This document shows positions 1-11,211 of a stretch of 64,000 nt of DNA, in pieces. Under the pieces are notes generated by a model that worked only from the letters and a program-made list of their open reading frames with translations, ran no database searches and was not told the DNA's origin. Every line of letters begins with the position of its first letter. Positions within the stretch are counted from its first letter, which is position 1. The stretch is taken from contig NW_026262690.1 of the NCBI RefSeq assembly GCF_021869535.1, positions 76,756,001 through 76,820,000 of the forward strand, given 5' to 3'. The stretch comes from Mytilus californianus. Its lineage: Eukaryota. Made by a program: the position numbers and the translations under genes.

Positions 1-96
1 AAGATCAAGATTTTGTTCTAGTGTTTTAATTTAGGTAATATATAATTGATTTAAAGGAAGGTGAAGTTTGTATAGACTATATATATATAAATTATT

Positions 97-136
97 GACA
101 CTGACGAAGGCTATTTGTTAAGCCGAAATATTTGTC
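97..136 (+). ncRNA. Candidate minimal type I hammerhead ribozyme motif (Penelope-like element terminal-repeat type)
   Basis: GACA-CTGACGA-a-GGC(tatttgttaa)GCC-GAAA-TA-T-T-TGTC: stem I GACA/TGTC, CUGANGA core, 3-bp stem II, GAAA, minimal palindromic stem III (ATAT). Lies between two (AT)n tracts (about 78-89 and 211-238). Confidence 0.4.
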
Positions 137-210
137 TACACGATTTTATAACATCATCTTCGTATATTACCATCTTGTATTAGTACCGTTGTGCAAATCT
201 TTAGACTTAG

Positions 211-238
211 ATATATATATATATATATATATATATAT
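211..238. repeat. (AT)n microsatellite
   Basis: Perfect AT dinucleotide run. Similar runs at about 11182-11208 and 32563-32579; (AAT)n at about 7380-7418. Confidence 0.95.
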
Positions 239-1372
239 CTTATTATTTTATCATTGTTTTCTATGTGTCACTGTAAAATTTTCATTTATGAATAAACAGA
301 TATGGGGTAAAACTTCATAACAACAACACTACGGCAAAAAAAGGATCATAAGTCATCTTTACCTCTATACATTTAAAAAAAAAATATTCCTGTGATCCCT
401 GAACCATAAGCCTATTTGTATTTTAGCTCATACGATCAGCCAAATATCAACATCGGTTTGCTGGGATATCACAAGTGCAAATATAGATATGCAGTCTACT
501 CTCTTAAAATCTACTTCTGAAACGTTAAAAGAAAAATTTTGAAATTAACAGTTCTGCAGTATATAAAGTCATCACGAATTGATTAGACACCATTCATTTT
601 CTTTCGAAAGGTACAAGGGCTGGTGAGTAATCATTTTTCATACTAGGATGAAAATACTTAATTTTTCCGCTGCCTATTGTGCAAATTTTTGTTCTTCCAT
701 AAATAGATTATAAAAATTAAATTAATCAAAAAGTAGTTAATGAATAAATAGTGAGCTCGATTTGAGAACTGAAAACAAAATATGATAGACTCACTTACAT
801 GGTGTGTTTAACATTAACAATTTTCGTACATCGGGTTCATATTTATAGATGTCTAGAAAAGTTTAACAACAGATTATATCAAAAGGTTAACTGCGGAAAA
901 ATGAATCCATTTATCAGTAGAACATAAAAATAAAAAATAAAATATTTTGCATGATTTTGCTGAAGATGTTGTCTCTTGACCATTGAGAAGCTTCTTTCAT
1001 CAAAGTTAACTAACAAAATCTATTAATGTTTGACAAAGTTTTGATGTCCAAAAATCCTTAACTACAGACTGAACTTAAATGCAAACGCTAGCGACGCTGC
1101 ACACACGGAAAACGCCGGAATCTAGGATTGCTATGTATCGCCCTATTTAATAGAAACAAAGACAAATTTACTGAATACTTCAATACTGTGATTATCTTGT
1201 GTCTGAACAACTTCTATATTTTCTGATATCTTATTTCTAAACGCGGATTTATTTTTAAATAGTTAAATAGACACAGTGAAGTATTCTGGCTAGAATATCT
1301 TTTAAAAGATAATGCTTTGAGTCTGCTCTTAATTATTTTGTAAATGACTCGAAATGAAATGAACGATATATA

Positions 1373-1936
1373 TGTTACAGTACAAATTGGAATTCAGTAG
1401 GATCCAGAATCTTCCTAGTACAGATTGGAATTCCAATATCTCCTAGTAATATAATCAAACTTGTCTGAATTAAAAAGATAAGAGGTGGGACCAATTTCCT
1501 GTGTCTGTATTTCGAGGTAGAACCTTCTTCTGAAAGTCCTTCAATCTTTACTAAAATTGCATACATGTAAGTTTATATGAGGTATTATAGGTTTTAACAA
1601 CACTTGAGCCAAATATTTCATAAAATCATAGATACATATGTATTATCAAACACTTCAATTCAGGCAAATTGTGAGTAACTATACGGATATTCTGAACCCA
1701 AACCAAAATTGTATTGAAAGTACTTTAAATATAGTTCGTCAGATAAAAAATAATTCATTTATGCTAATAATGTCTTTCTATACAAAGTTATACAAAAACA
1801 TGTTACATTTGCTATAATGTCTCAAAATTAATATATTCAGAAGACAATCTTGTTAATTTACGCTAGTAGATATTGAAATTCCGATGGAACTAGGAGGATT
1901 CGGGATCCTACTGAATTTCCAATTTGTACTGTAACA
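1373..1936. mobile_element. Non-autonomous TIR element (MITE), Tc1/mariner-like termini
   Basis: Inverted ends TGTTACAGTACAAATTGGAATTCAGTAGGATCC ... GGATCCTACTGAATTTCCAATTTGTACTGTAACA, with weaker similarity extending to about 100 bp. TA flanks; can be read as TA|CAGT...ACTG|TA. Confidence 0.75.
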
Positions 1937-2537
1937 TAAAATATGATATTTAGCAAAAATCGTAGTGTTTAAATTGTTTGATATTACCCTAGGGAGGGGT
2001 TATTATATGTTTTTCTTTAAAATAGACTTTTATGCGTTTAAATCAGGAGTTAAAATTTAAAAAAATAACCAGACAACTTTCCACGGTTAAACACGTGATA
2101 ATCCTTATATTACTTCGTCTCTCTGTCAAAAGAAGAAAAAGGAAACAACTGCTAAGTATTGAAATATATCGTCAGATCTTTTCTATACCGTCGGCGGATG
2201 TGTGTTCCTAGGGCTTGGTTTTATAAGTATACACCCACAAGCAGAAACATCCGTTAAACTGTATAGATGTATCGTCAAATCTTAAACATTTCCCTTTGTG
2301 AATAAAATATTACATCACTATATTTATAAATAAAATGCATGGTTTTGATCTTTCCACTTCTAATAAGCATTTTCAGTTACGATTTGTTTATGTGTTTTTC
2401 CTTTTTTTCAACCGGAATTACAATATATATATAATATAAATATATATTTATTTGAAATATACTTCGTCTGAAGTTTAGCTCAACGATGTGAGATCTACAA
2501 ATAAGCTGATCATAGATACCAGGATTGAAATTTTGTA

Positions 2538-2584
2538 AGCAAGACGCGCGTTTCGTCTACAAAAGACACACCAGTGACGCTCGA
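2538..2584 (-). ncRNA. Degenerate type I hammerhead ribozyme (core CUGGUGU instead of CUGAUGA)
   Basis: Minus strand GAGCGUCA-CUGGUGU-GUC(UUUUGUA)GAC-GAAA-CGCGCG-UC-UUGCU. Stem II, GAAA and palindromic stem III are intact; the core and stem I' are mutated. Confidence 0.7.
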
Positions 2585-2670
2585 ATCTAAAAAGTTAAAA
2601 AGACCAAACAATGAACAAGGTTGAAGAGCATTGAGGACCCAAAATTCTTAAAAGTTATGCCAAATACAGC

Positions 2671-2882
2671 AATTATGAGCAACTTTGCAAAAAAAAAAAA
2701 GGCAGGATGACGATTTATGTAAAAAAAGTCAGGATAAACTAATAAAAAAAAGGCAGGACCGAATAGAGTGAAAAATAAAAAGGCAGGACAGAGATTACAA
2801 CTAAAAAAAAATGCAGGACAAAATTTTTCATCCTAGCCCCCCCCCCCCCCCCCCCCCCCATAAAAATCAAATGGTAGCTCCC
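2671..2882. mobile_element. Truncated MITE of the AGGGAGCTACCATTTGATT family
   Basis: One TIR (catcctagc-polyC-ataaaaatcaaatggtagctccct) and aggcaggat/agtcaggat subrepeats, homologous to the complete copy at 42049-42299. Confidence 0.75.
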
Positions 2883-3129
2883 TAAGGTAATCTATTCCTG
2901 GGGCAGAAGAAAATCCTTAGTTTTGTTACGTTTATATTACATCGATAATAAGGTATGGGGCTTCTAATTGAACAAAATCTTCATACCTATCTTTGCTGCT
3001 CCTATCAGCCAACTCACGTTGGCTTTTTGTTTATAATTTGATTTTTTAAGAAATTCTCTTTAACGGAATTATTGTTCTGTTATTTAAAGTTGACTTGAAA
3101 TTTTAGCCGCCCCAATATTTATCAATTAT

Positions 3130-3600
3130 GGACTTTCACTCAGTCAATACGTTATATATGGATCTGTTCAGATTATATTGACCGAGGACGAAGTCCGAGT
3201 GTCAATATAATCTAACAGGTCCATATATAACGTATTGACTGAGTGAAAGTCCTTGATTTATATATTACATATGCAAATAAGGTATTAGAAAAATGGCGTT
3301 CAATGTTCTTTCTGCGTATTTTTAAATTGTATTTTGCAAGAATTTTAACATGTTATTGAAAATATCAATATTCTTTGAACAACTTCATAGCTCGTTGCGT
3401 TAGCGTTCTTGGATTCTTAGCGTCTGCATTTAACATAAAATTCTTGAAATCTCCTTCTGATAAACTTGCAAATTTACTTTTCGTCTGCTGTGGCGCTTCC
3501 TACATGGCTGTTATGTGTGACGTCATGACGTCATAAATCTATTTTTTTTTTAAATTGACCGTCAATATACATATAAATAGAAACATAGCGTCAATATACT
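3130..3600 (-). mobile_element. Crypton-like (tyrosine-recombinase DNA transposon) remnant with long internal palindrome
   Basis: 53-bp inverted arms at 3130-3182 and 3201-3252 (1 mismatch, 1 indel) around cgaggacgaagtccgag; TGACGTCA repeats at about 3518-3534. Minus-strand reading 3505-3365 is M*EAPQQTKSKFASLSEGDFKNFMLNADAKNPRTLTQRAMKLFKEY*, which resembles the N-terminus of CryptonA/DUF3504-type proteins as I recall them. Confidence 0.55.
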
Positions 3601-5619
3601 TAAAAATAGAAACAAGGCTTTGGATACATAAAATAACCTTTGAAACACGTGATCGTAATATCCAATGAAAACAGGAGAATGCTACACCATATGTCATATT
3701 TTAGTTTATTAACTGGTTTGCCAAGTCGTTTAAAGCTATGTTGAATAATTATTATCATGACATCTATTTCTAGTTCCCACTTGTCTGACATTTGGTCTGA
3801 GTTTCACCTCCTCCAGGTTTTCAATGAGGTTCGAACTACTCAATCTTTATAAAGAAAATATGGTGAAAATTATGACCTGCTTATGGTTGATGACATGACC
3901 GCCATGCATAAACCATGGTAGCTGCATTACTTAGACCAAGAGAAAAAAATGACAAAATGTGTTGATATTATACAAATATGAACCCATTAAAAACTGACTC
4001 TCAAACTAAACATTCAAGAAATGAGATTTTGTCTCATTCGACCTTATAGTAATATATAATATATGAAAAAGACGGTCTACAGACGACAAGTTATGGCTAC
4101 AGATCGCACACGTCAGTTTCGGTTAGATCATATGAGAATTCAAATGGAAAATGAAGGAACCAAATACCAATAGACTAAAAAGATTAGATATGTGCATTAA
4201 TTTGTTGGTGCCGTATGTTCTTGTACAAAGCAACTATCCGAACTATGCTAAAATGAAAAAAGATTTTTTTTTGCATTTTTAAATCAAAAAATTATTTGAA
4301 AACAACATTAAAAACAACTGTGTTGCAATTTAAAATAACAGTTACCGTTCATTTATTTCTTCAATATTTTGCCGGTTTGCATATCTTTTTTTGTTGTTGT
4401 TAATTAACAATAAATGTCGACGCTGTTTTCGTTGACAGACTTCCGGCGAAGTCTTTTTGGATGTGGTGTTTTTATCTTGAAGTAGAACTTATCCTTATAA
4501 AAACTCAACAAAGCTTACTAAAATCAAATCGAAAATACATATATTATACCACAAGACAAACAATATAGATACTGCTTAACATGACTGTGGAAATTTTTGT
4601 TGAAGTCTTACCAATCCCTTTACCATCTATTGATTGTAATTACCTCGGAGGTTGTGCTACAACAGAATAGGGCGTGAATTATCACTGTTTTTTTTTCCTG
4701 TATATTTTTTCAGTATACCAACGTTTCAAGCTAAACTCCTCCAAAATCATACAGTTTGGTAAAATGCACATTTGAAAGAATTTCACAAAATAAATATGTG
4801 ATATGAGAATCTAAACAGGATTAACAATTACTCAGATAATGTATATTTTGTCGATTTTCCACGAAATCTATGTTTAAACAAAGACTCTTCATATAGGCAC
4901 AACATAATAACAGGTTCATTCAATGTCGGTGTAAAATCAATCTGACATATTTTCTAAACGAATTCAATTTACCAATGAACTGTAAAGTTTATAATTCTCA
5001 TTTATTGGAAATGTCGGAAGTCAGTAATGTCAGGAATCGATCGTGTCTTGGATAAGCCGTACTGGCAATAATCAATAAGCTAAGGTGTTACATCCCGATC
5101 AGAATACACAACGAGCAAACATGTCTTCGCTAAGGAGTAAAATTAAGGTAGGATTAAGCACGACATTATTCTTATATTTCATATACATTGTAATTTTGCC
5201 TAACACCGTGTGTCATTTTCATTGTCAAAGGATAAATATTTTATATTTCCGTTCTTTCATTGTGTTGAGTTGCATATTTATTTGCTACAAGGAAATTTTA
5301 AATAGCCTTTCCTTATTAAGTATCAATCGATTTGTGTTTAAGACTTATTTTTAGTGAAAACATTACCATGGTAACAAATTATTTCACATTTTATAGAGGA
5401 TGATACATATTTAAATGCATGGACAAAAATAGTCATAGAATATCGGTATCATATCATAATTAAAGCATTTGGGAATAAAAATGCTAAACTAGTCATAGAC
5501 TAAGTACAGGATGAGCATAGCAAATTAATCATGAGATATTCGTGTCATTAAAATTATACAATTGAATGACAAAAAAAGAATTGTAATTTGGTGAGATGAA
5601 GATGAATGGCCGGAATTCT

Positions 5620-5855
5620 AACGTGCTAGTTCACAAGGTAACAACAGTCCTAAAGAAGACATGTCACCCTACCCGGACACATTATTCTGACTCTGAGCCG
5701 ACCAGTCTTTGCTCTTACTCCTTAATGCCACGCGATGCTTATATCAGATGCAGCAAATACCAATTTTAAAGTCATTGGTTTGACAAGGCCGGGGTTCGAG
5801 CCCACGACCTCCCCCACTCGATGCGAACTAGCTACCACGAGACCACCGAAGCGGA
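5620..5855 (-). mobile_element. tRNA-derived SINE (Meta-domain-like)
   Basis: Minus-strand head with A/B boxes (cggtggtctcgtggtag ... gggctcgaacccc) followed by attggtatttgctgc...attaaggagtaagagcaaagactgg. Degenerate relatives at about 30640-30810 (+) and 36310-36430 (-). Confidence 0.8.
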
Positions 5856-6235
5856 GGTAACACGAAGAGGGTAAGACATATAAAACCAAAAGACCTTCTT
5901 CGTGCCTCTAGAATTAATGGTTACTATTTTTAATAAAGGTTTAAGTATTTAGTATGACGATGAATTTTCACTTTTGTTCTCGTACTAGGAACAACAAAAA
6001 AATGTATTTTGTAAAAAATATTTCCGTACTCCATGTATACCTTACAACAAAATTAATTTTATTTACCTGTGTACGTTATTTTATTTGGCGGCATTTTGTC
6101 CAAGGTTATGGTTGTCTTTCTGATATTGTTACACATCTAATCCCCTTGTTTATTAATTTTCTATTTACATTGTGTCATAGATCAAATTTATTCGTTCAGT
6201 GTATGTTCACTTGTTTTTGTTAATATGTCTTTTGA

Positions 6236-6640
6236 TTGAGTTAAGCCATTTCAATTGATATTTTATAAGTGTTTCTTTCTATGTTGTGATGTTACACTAT
6301 TGTTTCAGGTAGGGTGAAGGTTGGTGCCTATCAAAACGTTTAAATCCGCTACATTTGTTTGTACCTGTTCTAAGTCCTGGTGTTCAGTGGTTGTCGTTTG
6401 TTGATGTGGTTCATAATTATTTCTCGTTTCTCGTTTTTTATATAGATTAAACCGTTGGTTTTCCTGTTTGAATGGTTTTACACTAGTCATTTTGGGGGCC
6501 CTTTATAGCTTGCTGTTCGGTGTGAGCTAATGATCCGTGTTGAAGGCCGTACTTTGACCTATAATGGTTTACTTTTACAAATTGTGACTTGGATGGAGAG
6601 TTGTCTCATTGGCACTCATACCACATCTTCTTATATCTAT
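6236..6640. repeat. High-copy interspersed repeat family (...gaaggccgtac.gtgacctata...gagagttgtctcattggc...ccacatcttctt)
   Basis: At least ten partial copies in the window, at about 12050-12180, 22370-22650, 34758-34868, 37905-38130, 39965-40295, 52140-52215, 53975-54080, 56060-56365, 60670-60780 and 63685-63830. Probably a non-autonomous retroelement. Confidence 0.8.
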
Positions 6641-7914
6641 GGAATATTACATTAATAAGGATACAACTTTTATTGAAGAAAAAATGCTAAGAATCTACTA
6701 AAAAGTATGAAAAATCAAATCTATTTTTACCAAATGTGAAAATACTCAAGCTGCATTAAAAGATGTAAGAAAAAATAAATTGTGTTATATTACGGTGTAA
6801 TGGAATTACAGTATCTAGTAGTTTCAGATAAAGACTAATTGATTCAATGTTATATAAGAATCGAGGGTTATAATTACTCACATTGATTTTGTTTTCAATG
6901 AATCAAAACAAAACTTTATATGTATTGCTTTACAGTTTTGAACCTTCATTGACCTATATCATGTCGATACTTATATTTTGGCGTTATACAAAGTCGTGTT
7001 TTTCTCGGGCTCTTTTTTCGGGACGTTTTTGTGCTTATTCCATTGGAAATATACTGATTGATATTTAAGTCTGATAAACATGCTTAATTTGCTAGTTGAA
7101 ATGAGCTTTCAACTAAAGTTTTAGTAACTACTACTCTCCTAGATCGCTACTTTTTTTTCTTTTGTCTTTTTGATAGTTGTTTTGTGCTTTGTGTCAATCA
7201 GACGAGTCACGCACATGAGTATTTTGTTCCAATATAATTTGAAAGAACTAGGGTTAAATGAATTTACTTTCATGAGAACTTTCGAAAGATTTAACTTTAG
7301 GTATTTAGAAGATATTGCTTGACAAACAACGAAACTACCATCGCAATAGATAACTCAAGCGCAATTAGCTTGAGTAATGATAATTAAAATGATAATAATG
7401 ATAATAATAATAATAATAAAAGTATGTGTACGTTAGCTCTGATTATCCTTGCAATCATAGAATATTTTATTCCATAGAAATTCCAAAAAATATGGTGAAA
7501 TTATCGATTTAATTATTGATATGCATTTGTAATTTCAATTTTAGGAAAAGTATGGGTCCAACTTCATTACGTTATACTTGCATCACACTATTTTGGCTGT
7601 ATTTTATTATATTGCTTTCCTGATTTCAGTTTTCCTTTGTTTTGCAGCAGACGCTTTAGCGTTACTCTGTCGACGCACCCGGTGTTTCATTTGAAATTCA
7701 TACAATTCCCTCAGTTTTATTCTTGTTATTACGTTTACTTGTATCTTCTTAATGGATTTATGACATTTGATTATCGGTAAACTACTGTTGCTCTAATTTC
7801 TTTGTCTGTTGAAATCTGGGGCACTTGATCCGGGAGCATAAACATGCCGTGCCTTAATTTTGAGAGTTGAAATTCAAAATTCTCTTTTTTCAGGGGAAAC
7901 AGGTAGAAATACTG

Positions 7915-10900
7915 ATGGAAGAGAATGCTTGTTTCTATGATCTGACCTATTACCTTAATGGTTGCACTAATCAAAATCCAGATGCCGATGAAGATGAACG
8001 GCAAATAACACCCACATTGAATATGTTAAACATTAGTTATGACGTCTCTGAGTATATAGGACCTTGGTGGAAAGGTGCTTGTTTTCGGCAAAAGAAACAG
8101 AAGCGAGTTCTAAATGATATAAATGTACAGTTCAGAAGTGGGGAGCTCACAGCTATACTTGGAAGTTCAGGTATTTTGATACTGGGTATTATTCAAAACT
8201 ATTGAGTATTGCAGCTAGTTATGATCTGTAGAAATCCCAAACGAACAAAAAGGTAGTAACACATAACACAAATAACACTGTAAACGTAAACATGCGAAAG
8301 AACTCCCATGAATAACAGATAACTCGAAGCGTTTTAGTACCCTGACCCACCATTAGGCAAGGTATGTACTTCGGAAGGTGAGACCAATATGAGGTCCCTT
8401 GGTGTCAACTTGACATTGTTACTGGTTTTGTCATCTTCCTGATTTTCATAATTGCCGCAGGATGTTACTTTGTAATCATGTGATGTATTACACATGCGTG
8501 GAGGGAGTTGCCTACCCCGTCGATGCATCCGAGTGACTCCTTTTGGAGTTCAACTGCGCAATTCCGATTGTTAAGACCTGGATATGTATGATAATAAATG
8601 AGCATACTATTTAAATCGTATTTTATTTAAAACCATACAATTAATGATAAAATGAAAAGAATATAAAATTAAATCAATGATGCCAGAAAACTAAAACACA
8701 ATACATTTACAAAATATCATACAAACAAATCGGGATGAATTTAAGCATACATTGAAATCCAATTACAAATATTATTACATAACAAAAATTTGCTTTTAAT
8801 ATTATTACAATATCAACAGAGGGAAACATTTTATCTTTACTACAAACAGGTTCAGGAAAAACCTCTCTTTTGGACATAATTGCCTCGAGATCAAATGGAC
8901 GAGTTGGCGGGAAAGTGTACTACAACAATTATCTGTGTACAGCGGAAGTCATTAAACAATATGCCGCCTACGTTATGCAAGCAGATCGTCTTCTTCATAA
9001 TCTTACAGTTCGAGAAACTATAAGATATGCAGCACTTCTCAGATTGCCAGGAAAAATGGGCAGCAAAGAAATTGATGAAAAGGTGAATAAATAGTCATAT
9101 GAAAAGTTTTGATTTTTATGTAAATGTGTACGGTTGTATGAAAAGTATCTAATCAAAAGACAAATGCAATTTTGCCAGATCATTTGATTCTTGAGAATAT
9201 CATGTATTTTCCCCATATAATTCCAACATTTTGAACACCGTAGAAAAATCCTGTAAACTAAATGTTCAAAACTTATCAAAACCCAATTGAAATTGTTTAA
9301 TTGACAGATTTAAAAACCCGTTCTCTTTAGTCTATTATCACATTAACAATTTAACATCATATGAAACACTTTTTAAAAAACCATTGTTGGAGGTGTTTTT
9401 ATAAATATTAATTTCTTCAAATTTAAGGTTGACAAGGCTATTGCAGAAATGGGATTAAAACATGTAGCAGACTCGAGAGTTGGTGGCTCTGTAGTCCGAG
9501 GAATCTCCGGTGGCGAAAGACGACGAGTAACTATAGCAATTCAACTTCTTCAAGACCCTAGTGAGTAATTTTGCACAAATATTCACAAACGAAGTAAAAC
9601 ATTAAAGAGCCCTGGATAGACTGAGGGTGTTTGTTGTGATAGAAAATAAACTTCTGCTTAATTATATACCAGTATGCTTGTTTTACTCACGTGCATTCAA
9701 AATTTTATAAATCAGATTGTGTTCCAAGAAAATCTCTTTCAAGTGGTTTCCAATACAAAAAGATAGTCTTTATTTCAGACTAAAAGGTCCATATATATAT
9801 ATTCTGTCTAAACAGGATACAATGTTAAAATATTTACAGTATTAATTACAGTTAAAACTTTTAAAATATAGCTCATTGTACAATAACAATAACAATTTTG
9901 AAGAATACAATAGATCAATTCTGAGAATTGTATTAACCAAATGATTGTAAGATATTTTCAAGCGATTTAACAAACTAAACATTGACTTTCGCATAACTTA
10001 CTTGAAGGACATAACTTTATTTACGACAAACATATTACTTGAACTACATCTATATTGATATCCTTGTGTTATTCTGAAAGCATTATTACACATTACTCGA
10101 ATTTTATTTTAAAATGCAGACTTATATTTAGACCATAAAGATACTCAATAGACATTCATACAGTAAGACTGAAAAAAGTTGAATCTTACCACCCGTATAC
10201 AGGACATTTGTTAAATTTTCACTTCAGTATATTAATTTTCTTGCATATTCTCAGATATTGTCTCTTCATACATTTTTATTAAAATTCTGTATCAATGTAC
10301 TAGGATGTAATCGCGACTATTTTTGTCAAATATTGTTAAGTGTAAATATATCATTCAATCATCGCTAAATACTTTTTGCAGTATCCGATGAAATGGGTCA
10401 GCTTTATTTTCTTATTTCTTATGTACACATAGTTTAATGGGTCAAAATTAAGTTAATCTAGATTATTCCTTTCGCTGAATCTTTGAATCTCATCGCGACA
10501 TTCTAGTAGCAACACCATACTAATTCTCGAGAACTTAACATGCTTTACTTACTTAATCGTGGTACGAAGCAAAATTCTGATGCAAATTTTCATATAAGAT
10601 ATGAAAGCAGATTTTTAAAAATCCACTTTTGATGGGTGAATAACTACCATACAGTAAAATACATTTTGTGAAAACGCTAACGCGTGTATATTAAGGATGT
10701 AATACAAAATTTTCTTCTTCAGAAATCCTTCTCTTAGACGAGCCAACTACAGGACTGGACAGTTGTACAACCCGCCATCTTGTGTCAAGTTTATCAGACA
10801 TTGCTCACAATGGTAAAATAGTGATTTTGACAATTCACCAGCCTCGTTCTGATGTCTTTAAAATGTTTGATAAGATAGGGCTCCTGAGTATGGGAGAGAT

Positions 10901-11177
10901 GGTATACTTCGGAAAATCGGGACAAATGGTGGAATATTTCCAAGACCTCGGCTACCCTTGCCCTACGTATGCTAGTCCATTTGATCACTACGGTAATGTT
11001 TATGTATATTTAGATAGAATACATTCCTTATTTAATATGTGGAAAATGGTTGAAGTTTTAAATTTATTGCAGTATATATATATGGCCTTATCATATAACG
11101 TTGTAGAACCATTTATGGTCGAAACATAAGATATTACACGAAAATAAACAAAAGGAACTCACCATGAAATGTTATCT

Positions 11178-11211
<34 letters not shown>

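Larger units (their letters stand above)
2499..2925 (-). mobile_element. Retrozyme-like / PLE-associated interspersed repeat, copy A (interrupted by a MITE at 2671-2882)
   Basis: Colinear with copy B at 14293-15275 (ccaggatt...agacgcgcgttt.gtctacaaaagac...cagtgacgctcgaat...gagcattgaggacccaaaatt...attcctggg...atccttagt). Contains a hammerhead motif. Confidence 0.7.

Noticed and set aside
4415-4500. ACTTCCGG (ETS-like) motif as the ABCG5 promoter or first exon
   Set aside because: A single short motif with no convincing donor; cannot be supported without transcript data.
7580-7700. Minus-strand short ORF MKHRVRRQSNAKASAAKQRK...
   Set aside because: About 39 codons, no recognisable domain or splice partner.
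1-7890. ABCG8 partner gene head-to-head with ABCG5
   Set aside because: No ABC motifs found on the minus strand; the region is mostly repeats. It could still lie outside the window.
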